A DNA stretch of 60,000 nucleotides from Malacoraja senta (taxonomy: Eukaryota), in NCBI GenBank assembly GCA_038087875.1, contig CM075991.1, positions 12,898,001 to 12,958,000 of the forward strand, in the 5' to 3' direction. Under the pieces are notes generated by a model, which made no database searches, was not told the DNA's origin, and saw only the letters and a program-made list of their open reading frames with translations. The translations under genes were made by a program, and so were the position numbers. Below are positions 13,365 through 25,400 of this stretch, piece by piece (within the stretch, counting starts at the first letter, position 1; each line of letters begins with the position of its first letter).

Positions 13365-13400
13365 TTATATCCAGCCGTGTTCCTCGCAGTATTTAGTACT
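13365..13400 (-). CDS. SFTPB: SFTPB-like exon 11 (STKYCEEHGWI*)
   Basis: Acceptor tttatag|AGT; TAA stop; completes SapA like prosaposin AVEHCKRHVWN. Confidence 0.88.
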   Translation of the reverse strand, partial: STKYCEEHGWI

Positions 13401-16400
13401 CTATAAAGAAAATCAAAAACAAGATTAGTTTGAATTACGAGAAAACAGCATGCTTCATCCACCAGCCACCTACTCTTCAAAACTCTTTGTCTCATTCCTC
13501 ACGCTCGAGCATCACCTAACCATTTCTGGAGAAAATGGACAGGTGATGTTTCAGGCGGGCTGAGTGAAGGTGTTCTGCAAAACGATCGCCCAGTCTACGT
13601 TCGGTCTTGCCCATGTATAAAAGTCCACACCTTGAACAACAGATACAGTAGATGAGGAGGTGCATGTGAACCTCTGCCTAACCTGAAAGGACTGACGGGG
13701 TTCCTGGTCCAAGTCAAGGGAGGAGGTAGACACAAGTGCTGGAGAAACTTAGCGGGTGCAGCAGCATCTATGGATCGAAGGAAATAGGCAACGTTTCGGG
13801 CCGAAACCCTTCTTCAGACTATTCAGGAGGTATGGGGACAGGTGTTGCATCTCCTACGGTTGCAGGGCAATGATCCCGCTAACCCTCGTGGGATCACTGG
13901 ATCAGGGATCAATTCTGTAGATCCTTGCTGAAATATCAGGTCTAGTCCCTGTACTCGAATAAGGATAGATGTGATAGAAAGAGTGCAGCCAATAGTCAGT
14001 AGGTCGGTGACTGGGATGGTGGGTTTGTGATGCAAGGAATGATTAAATAGCTTGTGTTTTTGATACAAGATTTAGAGAGGATCGATCCTATTGAAAGGTA
14101 CAAACATTGATCGGGTGTTCAGAACCATGGTCACAGTGCATACGGGGCTAGACAATATGGACAATGATGAAGATAACATATCTTCAGAGGGGAGTGAATC
14201 TTTGGAATCTTCTATCAAATAGAACCATGGAGGCTCAGTTGTCAAGTTACCAGGACTTGAGGACCGGAGCTACAGGGAGAGGTTGGGCAGGCTAGGTCTC
14301 TATTCCTTGGACCACAGGAGGCCAAGAGGGTGATCTTATAGAGGTGATAAAACCACGAAGGGGATTAGAGAGGCTAAATGCACAGTCTTTTACCCAGAGT
14401 AGAATAATCAAATGAAACAGAGAGCATTGGTTTAAGGTGAGAGGGGAAATAGTTAATAAGAAAATTGAGGGGCAATCTTTTCCACACAGAGGGTGATGAG
14501 TATATGGAACAAGGTGCCAGAGGAGGTAGCAGACACAGGTACTACAAGAACATTTGGACAGGTACATGGATAGGAAAGGTTCAAAGGGTTATGGGTCAAA
14601 AATAGGCAGGGGGACTAGTATTGGCTAGCTTGGGCAAGTAGGGCTGAAGGGCCTGTTTCCATGCTGTGTGACTTCAAGAGTGAGGTTGATAAATTTTTAG
14701 ATAAAGGTAATCAAATAAGAAGCAGATAGAGCTAGAAAACTAAATGGCAGAGCATACTTGATGGGCCGAATGGCCTACTTCAGCTCCAACTCTTATGTAT
14801 CTGGTGTCCCTTTTCTCCAGAGATGCTGCCTGACACTCTGAGTTACTCCAGCACTTTGTGTCTATATTCAGTGAAAACCAGCATCTGTAGTTCCTTCGTA
14901 CACCTTATGTTCTTACAATTCATTTCTACAAATCAGAGCTTGTAACACTGAGTCTGTGTAAATTGTATTTAGATCTTTAAGTTCTAACTTGGATGTGCCA
15001 GGAATGTGAAAGGCATGCTCTCAATTCTGAATTGTGGATCCAAATCAAAACTAGACACAAACAACAATCAGGCTCGAGGGTCACCCTTAATTTCTTGTCC
15101 CAATAAATTTCTACTGCTGTCATTTCCCCAACATCACATGAAGAAATTAAGTCATACTTACTTTGCAGCGAGCGGCTATTGCTTTATCCGAGCACCAGTG
15201 GGCTGGTCCCCAGGTACATTCATTTTTTCCAAGCTGTCTTACTACGGTCTTTCTTACACAGAGATCAAGGTCCTGTTAATAAATCATATACACAGTAATG
15301 TTTGCACAGCCACTCTACCCACTCCCAACCTGCCCAAGTCCTTCTGCAGTCTCTGCTTTCTCCACACTACCTGCACTCCATCTATCTTTGAATCATCTTC
15401 AAATATGGCCATAAAGCCCTCAATCCCCTCATCATTGATATACACTAGCGGTCCCCCTGTGGAACTCTGTTAGTCACTGGCAGCCAACAAGAAAAAGCCC
15501 CCTTTATTGCCACTCTTTGCTTTCTGCCATCCATCCAACCTGATATCACTAACATCTTCCCTTTGATACCTTAGACTCTCATCTTTAACAAGTCTCACGT
15601 GCGGTACCTTAAAAGCTTTTTGAAAATGTAGATAACATCCACTGACTCTCCTTTGTCTGTCCTGCTAATTACTTCCTCCCTCAGGGGCTAAAGTCCTATC
15701 AATAAATCATATACATGGCAATGTTTGAACTGCCACTCTCCCAACCTGCCCAATTCCTTCTGCAGTCTCTGCTTCCTCTAAACTACCTGCCCTCCATCTA
15801 TCTTTGAATCATCTGCAAACTTGGCACAAAGCCTTCAACTCCCTCATCAACCTCAAGTTCAAGTGAGTTTATTGTCATGTGTCCCTGATAGGACAATGGA
15901 ATTCTTGCTTTGCTTCAGCACAACAGAATATAGTACGCATTTACTACAAAACAGATCAGTGTGTCCATATACCATTATATAAATATATACACACATGAAT
16001 AAATAAACTGATAAAGTGCAAATAACAGATAACGGGTTATTAATGTTCAGAGTTTTGTCCGAGCCAGGTTTAATAGCCTGATCGCTGTGGGGAAGTAGCT
16101 ATTCCTGAACCTGGTCGTTGCAGTCCTGTACCTTCTACCTGAAGGTAGCAGGGAGATGAGTGTGTGGCCAGGATAGTGTGGGTCTTTGATGATACTGCCA
16201 GCCTTTTTGAGGCAGCGACTGCGATAAATCCCCTCGATGGTAGGGAGGTCAGAGCTGATGATGGACTGGGCAGTGTTTACTACTTTTTGTAGTATTTCCT
16301 CTCCAGGGCGCTCAAGTTGCCGAACCAAGCCACGAAGCAACCGGTCAGCATGCTCTCTACTGTGCACCTGTAGAAGTTAGAGAGAGTCCTCCTTGACAAA

Positions 16401-19400
16401 CCGACTCTCCGTAATCTTCTCAGGAAGTAGAGGCGCTGATGTGCTTTCTTGATAATTGCATCAGTGTTCTCGGACCAGGAAAGATCTTCGGAGATTTGCA
16501 CGCGCAGGAATTTGAAGCTCTTGACCCTTTCAACCATGCTGATATAAACAGGACTGTGGGTCCCCATCCTACTCCTTCCAACGTCCTGCTATCAATGCTA
16601 GGATTTTCCCTTTCATACCATCTACTTTAGCAACCTCACCTTCAGCACCTTAAAGCCTTTGTGAAAATCTAGATAGACAACATCCACTGACTCTCCTTTG
16701 ACTGTCCTGCCATTTACTTCCTCAAACAGTAGCAGAATATCTTCACTCTTACCTTGCAAATGTCCTTTGATTTATCGGACATGGGAATCATCGTTTCGAG
16801 CTGGGGTTTGTAAGCATAAACAAAGTCTTCACACTAAGGGGCGAATCAGATTAAAACAGTTAATCAGCTGTTCTGTTCTGATAGAGCTAATGATTTATAT
16901 TATTGCATTGTTCTTCATATGTAGGCGAATTCCAGTACAAAACTCTTAACTAATGGGGGGGAAAAAAAGACAGTGACAGTACTAATACACAGTATAGTAT
17001 GGATGGCATGGTGGCGCAGCAGTAGAGTTGCTGCCTTTCAGTGGCAGAGGCCCAGGTTTGATCCTGACCAGGGTGTTGTGTGTACAGAGTTTGTACGTTC
17101 TCCCTGTGACCACGTGGGATTTCCCTGGGTAATCCGGTTTCTCCCACACTCCAAAGACATACAAGTTTATAGGCTAATTGGCTTTGATAAAATTGTAAAT
17201 TGTCCCTAGTGTGTAGGTAAGTGTTAGTGTGCAGGATCGCTGGTCGTCGTGGACTTGGTGGGCCGTAGGGCCTGTTTCTGCATTGTATCTCTAAACTAAG
17301 CCAACTAATGTCAGTACAAAGTGTAGGAAAGAACTATAGATGTTGGTTGACATCAGTCATCAGTCCACCCACTCCCCCAACATCAGTCTGAAGGAGGGTG
17401 TCGACCCTAAACATCACCATTTCCTTCTCTCCAGAGATGCTGCCCTGTCCCGCTGAGTTATTCCAGCACTTTGTGTCTAATGTCAGTGCACTACAATGTA
17501 CTGAGAATAGTTAAACCAGGAAGAATGAACAAGGGGTGAAAATCAGTGATGTAATTGCAGCTAAATTGATTAATTAACAATGAAAGTCCACCAGACATCA
17601 TTGAACTTCAAGGATCCAGTTAGGTCTGACAAGCAAACAGATATTTGCATGATGGGTTAACCCAATGTAGCCGGGCAGCAGAAGAGCCAGGAGGAGGTGG
17701 AACACCAAAGATAGACAAAATGCTGGAGTAACTCAGCGGGACAGGCAACATCTCTGGAGAGAAGGAATGGGTGACGTTTCGGATCGAGACCCTTCTTCAG
17801 ACTTTGTGTACCAAGGTGAACTATATTCATGGAAGTTCCTAAATATTTTTATGCTTCAAAATAATATTCTTTAACATAATTTCACTTCCTTTCATCACTT
17901 CTACTTCTGTATTCAGTTGCAACAAAAAAAAGTGGATGTACCCGACAATGTGTCCTTGTACACCAGAGACTCTTGCTAAACATTTGCTTCCTCCTCCACT
18001 GTTGTGTGAACTTCACTTTTTGAAGAAACGTTTTTCTAATATGGGAGTGGAGGCACAGCCACATTTCCTGCCCGTCCCTCCTTGAACAGGTGGTGTTCTT
18101 CTGGGGTAGGTACTTCCAAAATGCAGTTGTGTAGGGAGATCCAAGACACAATGAAGGACTAGTGATTCATTTCAAAGTCCGGAGGGTTTATGGATTTAGA
18201 GGGTGGTATGCCTACTGCCTAGGTTCACATCATTTGGATGTGGTCACAGGTTTGGGAGAGGCTATTAAGCAGCATGGGCAACTAACTGCAGGGCATTCTG
18301 TAGATGGCTCACAATGGCAGCGACAATTACTATTTTACATCAGCATTTACATCAGCTTCATTGGTAGTTCCGTATAAATTTAAACCTTATTCAATATTCA
18401 GCAAATATCCTTACTTCTGATCTAATAAATTCATAAGTTAGAGGAGCAGAATTAGGCCATTTGGCCCATCAAGTCTACTCTGCCATTAATCATTGCTGAT
18501 CTATCTTTCAGTCACAACCCCATTCTCCTGCCTTCTCCCCATAACCACTGACACCCGTACTAATCAAGAATCTATTAAGGGCCTGTCCCACTGTATGAGG
18601 TAATTCAAGAGTTCTCCCGAGTTTCCCCCCCCCCCCCCCCGATTCGAACTCAGAGATTGTCCGTAGTGGGTCCGTAGGCGTTCGTGGATGTCTTGTAGCG
18701 GCTCGTAATGCTAACGGTAGGTACTCGGGAAATCCGGTAAACTCGTGACATTTTTTCAATACTGCAAAAAATGTCCACGAGTAAAACAATACTCGTGATG
18801 AAAAAATATGGTTACTTTTTACTCGTACAAGCCGCTACGAGACATCCACGAACTCCTACGGACCCACTACGGACATTCTCCGAGTTCAATTCAGGGGAAA
18901 ACTCGGGGGAACTCTTGAATTACCTCGTACAGTGGGACAGGCCCTTTCATCTTTGCCTTGAAAATATCAATTGATGGCCTCCACAGCCACCTGTGGCACT
19001 GAATACATGTCCCCACTCAATAGTCTTCAGGCAATGCTTTGTAGCACTGAGCCCTGTGCCCCAAAACTACTGACATATCTGGTCCACCTTTTGTACAATT
19101 TCAATATTGAACCAATAATGTGGACATTTGATCAGGAACATCATTTGAACAAAGGAAGAAAAGTCCAATCTGACTCATTGCTGCCCAATCAGTCCACTCT
19201 CACATCCTCCACCGCTGATGGAAGGCATTGTCAACACTCATACCTTCTGGATCTCCTTGACTCACCAAGAGAAAGGGCGTCCCTGACAATGAGCTGCAGG
19301 TTTTAATCATGTCTGTGCCACTCTTCTGACCAAGGGAGAGATGGTTCACCATTTTTTCACATCCGTCACAAGTTGGCATACCCAGGTCATCAGTCAGTTC

Positions 19401-22400
19401 ATCTACATTGTGGGAGAAATTCATGTTAGACAGGGTACAGACTTTATCTGTAGACTTTTCTAGACACTGATCCTTCTTTTCATTGCATTCTTGCAACGTT
19501 GGTGAAATTCCACCACTAAAACACCCTTGACACCAATGTTGTTACCTGCTGCTCTACACTGGGGGAAAAACCACAAAGTTAGGAAAAAATTTAGAGTTAA
19601 AAAAATGATGGGACTCATTGGTCAGGCAGCATCAGTCCATCATCGGCTCTGACCTCCCTACCATCGAGGGGATCTATCGCAGTCGCTGCCTCAAAAAAGC
19701 TGGCAGCATCATCAAGGACCAACACCATCCTGGCCACACACTTATCTCCCCGCTACCTTCAGGTAGAAGGTACAGGAGCCTGAAGACTGCAACGTCCAGG
19801 TTCAGGAATAGCTACTTCCCCACAGACATCAGGCTATTCAACTCAACTCAAACAAAACTGTGAACATTACTAGACCATTATCTGTTTATTTGCACTTTAT
19901 CTGTTTATTTATATATGTGTGTATATATTTATATTATGGTATATGGACACACTTCTGTTCTGTATTCATGCCGTCTATATTCTATTGTGCTGAAGCAAAG
20001 CAAGAATTTCATTGTCCTATCTGGGACACATGACAATAAACTCTCTTGAATCTTGAAGTTTAAAGGGGCAAAGGTTTAGAGGGTGGTGAGTGCTTAGATC
20101 ACACTGCTAGGAGTGATAGTTGATGCAGATACAGTACAGTGTTTAAGAGACTTTTGGATATGCAGGGAATGAGCAGATGTGGATTATGTCCAGGTAGATA
20201 AGAGATGGTCTTGGCATCATAGTGGGCCGAAGGGCCTGGTCCCATGCTGGACTGTTCTATGTGGCAGTGAACATAACATTACAAGATTTAAGTTAACTGT
20301 AGAAAAGGAACAATCTCAAGTAACAATAATTGGACAGATTAATTTCAACAGATTGGGAGAGACACTGGTTCCCAGGTTAAATTGAGGTAAAGATGTAGCA
20401 GATTAGGCCTCCTTAAGGAAGCAAAGGTTCAGATGAGGCTCTATCACATGAGGAACCAGAAGCAACAAAGAGATTCAGAGCATCCTTGGATGATGAAAGA
20501 CACAGAAAATTATTGCAAAAGAAAAAGGTTGTTTATGAGTAGGAACGAGAACCAGGTTGATTTCAAAATAGTCCGGAATGAAAACTTGAGGCAAAATAAT
20601 GAGCAAGGAAAGATTAGCTGCAAATGGGAATCTGAAGGCGTTCTAATGAGTGCATGCCTACAGAAAATTTCTTGAGAGATAGAATGTATTAAAGAAAAGA
20701 ACAGGAGTTGACTCTGCCACAGGTTAGATGTTGTATCAGTCTTCACCAGGAATAATAAACACTTGCACAATGATAGTAATGTTGGGGAGTCCAGATCCAG
20801 GGGCCACAGTTTAAGAATAAGGGGTAGGCCTTAAGGACTGAGATAAGGAAAAACATTTCACCCAGAGAGTTGGGAAATTCTCTCCCACAGTGGAGGCCAA
20901 TTCACTGGATGTTTTCAAGAGAGTTAGATTTAGCAAAGGGAATCATGGGTTATGGCGGGGGAAAAAAAAGAGAACAGGGTACTGATTCTGGATGATCAGC
21001 CATGATCATATTGAATGGCGGTGCTGACTCAAAGGGCAGAATGGCCTACTCCTGCACCTATTTTCTATGATTGGATTACTTCCTACACAGAGTCTTTATT
21101 TTTCAATAGACCACGATGTAAACACCCCGATCTAGAAATTGAAACGCACATCCTCAATTAAAAGATGGCGAGATCACTGAACTTTCCCTGCAGTTCACAT
21201 AATCTGATTCATCCAGACTCCTGAATGTATATGTAGGATTACCCTGGATAAATATGACTATGAAAACTATTTAAATGAAGTTCAGCAACATGACCAGAGC
21301 ACTTGTTGAGAACATTCCAAAGGCAATCAGATCCATTGATGGGAGGGAGGAGGGTTGTAAAGAAATGGGCTGCAAGTAATCAAGGAATTAGTGGATTTAA
21401 TCCACACCTGGAAGTGACCTCAATCACCAATCCCTCAAGGGCAAACTTCCAAAAGCAACAATTGTGCAGATAAGTTTGCTCCCCCAGGAGGGCAAGATTA
21501 GCAACAGATCGAGCCAACAATCCTCTCCCGTTGTAGGGCCACATGGAGATACAACTAAAAGCAGTTTTTTAATTTTTTCCACTGGCAGATTGTCAATTTG
21601 CTACCTTTGATACCAAATGAAGAGGAGCCATTTTGTTGGGGTAACCATTCTAAAGATGCCCTGTGACATGAAAGGAACTAGGGTGGGTGACAGAGGGAAT
21701 GGAAGAATCAACAAGACATTTGATTTTTATACCATGATCATCTGTCTTCACTTCTAAAAATGGAGAGCTATAAAATGGAGAGCTATAAATAAGGCCCCTC
21801 TATCGAGTTGTAAATGACTGGAGTTCTGGACAGTTACCTGATAAATCGACGAAGCAGAGTTTAAGACCAAAGCAGATAGCATTGGGCCCGAGTTGTTTGA
21901 GAATCATATCAATGATTATTGCGCCGTCATCTTTTACAAGCTCTTGGCACTTTTCAGAATATTGTTTGGGCACGACACTGCAAATCAGATTAAGCTCTTT
22001 GAGGATGAGAGCCTGTAAATGGATAAATTATCATTTATTAACAAAGCAAGCAAAGATAGGAACCACAACAATCCTACAACTGTTTCAGTCCCTGCCCTTT
22101 CACGGATTGTATATTGGAGAGGACATTATCCACCCTCTGAAAGGTGTTTAAAAAAAATTAAGAAATTAAGAAAAAGCAGCTAAATCAAGAAGTTGTGATG
22201 CCTTCAAACTTTGCCCCATTGAGTCATAGAACACATAGAAACATAGAAAATAGGTGCAGGAGTAGGCCATTCGGCCCTTCGAGCCTGCACCGCCATTCAA
22301 TATGATCATGGCTGATCATCCAACTCAGTATCCTGTACCTGCCTTCTCTCCATACCTCCTGATCCCTTTAGCCACAAGGGCCACATCTAACTCCCTCTTA

Positions 22401-25400
22401 AATATAGCCAATGAACTGGCCTCAACTACCTTCTGTGGCAGAGAATTCCACAGGTTCACCACTCTGTGTGAAAAATGATTTTCTCATCTCGGTCCTAAAA
22501 GACTTCCCCCTTATCCTTAAACTGTGACCCCTTGTTCTGGACTTCCCCAACATCAGGAACAATCTTCCTGCATCTAGCCTGTCCAACCCCTTAAGAATCT
22601 TGTAAGTTTCTATTAGATCCCCCCTCAATCTTTTAAATTTATAGTAAATGGCAGTCAATGCCGATAGATCCTCAGGGTGAACGCATGGCCGATATCAGAT
22701 TTAGTATCATAGAAGACAGAGTGAGAGAGAACAGTCGAGCAAACAGATACACGAGCCAAAGGTCCATCCTTATTGTATATTTGGCAAATAACTCACCTTA
22801 GTCCGTTCCGTTGGAAGAATTTTCTCCAGTTCTTTCAAAACAAGCAGACATAACTCACACGGTGGCAGATATTTCACCTGCAAAATAGATTTAATGGAAT
22901 TGTGATTACTCTGTACTTTAAACCATTCTTCAAAGGTGCAAGTGATAGATATTATGCATCACCAACCAAGTACTCCTGTAGAAGTCTGATACATATTACA
23001 GCATTACAACAAAACCTGACGACTCCAGTGAACTATTCCTATACACTTATACTTAACCAAGATTCTGCTTACGTGTTATAATCCTTTCTGAACAGCAGGC
23101 ACTGTACTTCCGTACTCGTGATAACAAAGTACCATTAGACCAACAGTGCATTTCAATCCCAAACTCAGAATACATTTTCACCATTACCTAGGCTGTATTT
23201 TTCCAACCGCCCCCCCCCCCCACAATAATTATCAGTGTAACAGAGGTATTTTGTGCAAACACGTTCCTATTGGAATTAGATGAACCTGTCATATCTCATT
23301 TCACTTACCATGAATGCTTCTTCCCAATCGTTTGAGGTTGGATTCCACTCTGGATTAAATGACTGAGATTTAGATCCCATGGAGTGTCACAGGTCACAAG
23401 GTCATGTGATAGGAGTAGAATTAGGCCATTCGGCCCATCAAGTCTACTCCACCATTCAATCATGGCTGATCTATCTCTCCCTCCTAACCTCGTTCTCCTG
23501 CCTTCTCCCCATAACCCCTGATACCCGTACTAATCAAGATTTATTCCACACTGGACTGCGGGGATGGGGCTGACCTCATTTTACCAGCTGCAGTCAAGAT
23601 CTAAACATGCGTGGTGCTGCATAGTTCTCAAATAACATTGTCCTTGCTAAGTTTTCTGCAGCTCAGCCTCTCCCATCACAGGAAGATCGAAAGACAGTTA
23701 AGGGCCTGTCCCACTTTCACGACCTTTTTTACTCGTGGACATTTTTCATCATGCTAGAAAAACACCCCGACCTACTTGATGCCACGAGTACCTACGACTA
23801 GCATCACGGCCTGCTACGACCTACCATGACCTTGTGACGGCCATGCTGCGAGTATGTAAAGGGCAAACTCGGCAGAGGTCGTGAATTAGGTCGTGAAAGT
23901 GGGACAGGCCCTTTAGAATCCACCGTATAAGGTGCTATAATTCCATTAATTAAATCGGAATTCCAGTGTCAGTAACTTTGACCAGGTATTGCAAAAGCCC
24001 ATCTGTTTTAGTAACAGCCACTGGGATCAGTCAGCTCGTGATCGGTTCTTAATCGTTGTTCAACTCAGCTGAGGTTAATTAAGGCGGAATCACACATTTT
24101 GGACTTGCCTGCAAAACTCAAATTCCACAATCTGATAAACAAAACCCAGCAAGATTGGTTACGTAGTGAATACAAATTGGAGGTTTCAATCCTTATTGTA
24201 CAAAGCAGGCATCAGAGAGTCATATAGGTTTGAAACAGTCCCTTCAGCAAAACCTGTTCATGCCAACCAAGGCATGAAAACTAAGCTAGTCCCATTCACC
24301 TACATTTTGGTCATATACCTCTGAACCATCCTTATCCATTCCCGTCATTTCTTTTCTAGCTTCCCACAGTGTCCTTAGCTCCATCTGATCAGGGACTATG
24401 ACATTTATCCAACTTAGTACGTCTTAGGGCATCCAGCACATTGTTGGCTTGCAATATGGATAGTCCTCAAGACACGTCTGTTAACTTTCCCATCTTCGCT
24501 AGTCTTTTGAGTCTTTTTCCACAGTAAAAACAGGAGAAATATTATTTGAGGGCCTTACCCATCTCCTGTAAATCTGCACATAGATGACCACTTTCATTTT
24601 TGAAGGGGACTATTCACTCTCTAGTTCCTTTCTCCCCATAACATACTCATGAAATCTCTGGAGTCTCAGTAATCTCAGTAGTCTTGTATGGCAGAGCTAC
24701 CTCATGTTATTTATTTGTCCTCTTTTAGTTTAGAGATACAGCACGGTAACAGGTCCTTCGGCCCACCGAGTCCGCACCGACCAGCGATCCCCGCACATTA
24801 ACACTAGGGACAATTTACATTTATACCAAGCCAATTAATCTACAAACCTGCACGCCTTTGGAGTGTGGGAGGAAACTGAAGATCTGAGAAAATCTACGCA
24901 GGTTATGGGGAGAACGTACAAACTCTGTACAGACAGCACCCGTAGTCAGGATCGAACCTGGGTCTCTGGCGCTGTGAGGCAAAGCAACTCTACCGCTGCG
25001 CTACTGCGATTTCCTTCTTGCATATGCTCCTCAATCCATCAGCGAGTTGCTGGATACCAGCTGCCTGTACCCGACCCATGCCTCCTCCTGGACTGCAGAG
25101 AGGGTACAGGTCCTCTCCAGCGTACCACCATCTGATGTATGCTTGGTGGCATGGGTTTGCTGGCTGCTGCAGGGGTAGTGGGCATCTTCTGCCCTTGTGG
25201 CAACTCGGTTTGTAGACGTATTTCCAACGTAAACTGTTGGGTGATGAAGGGTTGTCAGGAACAGAATCCTGTCCTAACCTGGGAAGAACTGGAATATACT
25301 TGACCTTGGGTCTAACCGAGGCTAAGTTACAATGCTCCTCATTAAAGTAACAGCTAACAAGCATGGAGAGGACACCCAGGAAGAATGGTTACCATTTGAG

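Noticed and set aside
17001..17075. tRNA-like A/B boxes (also near 24940-25008 and 59840-59916)
   Set aside because: These are heads of tRNA-derived SINEs, not tRNA genes.
17882..18151. Minus-strand ORF in intron 8 considered as exon 9
   Set aside because: No good splice sites or Cys spacing; 16753-16833 fits much better.
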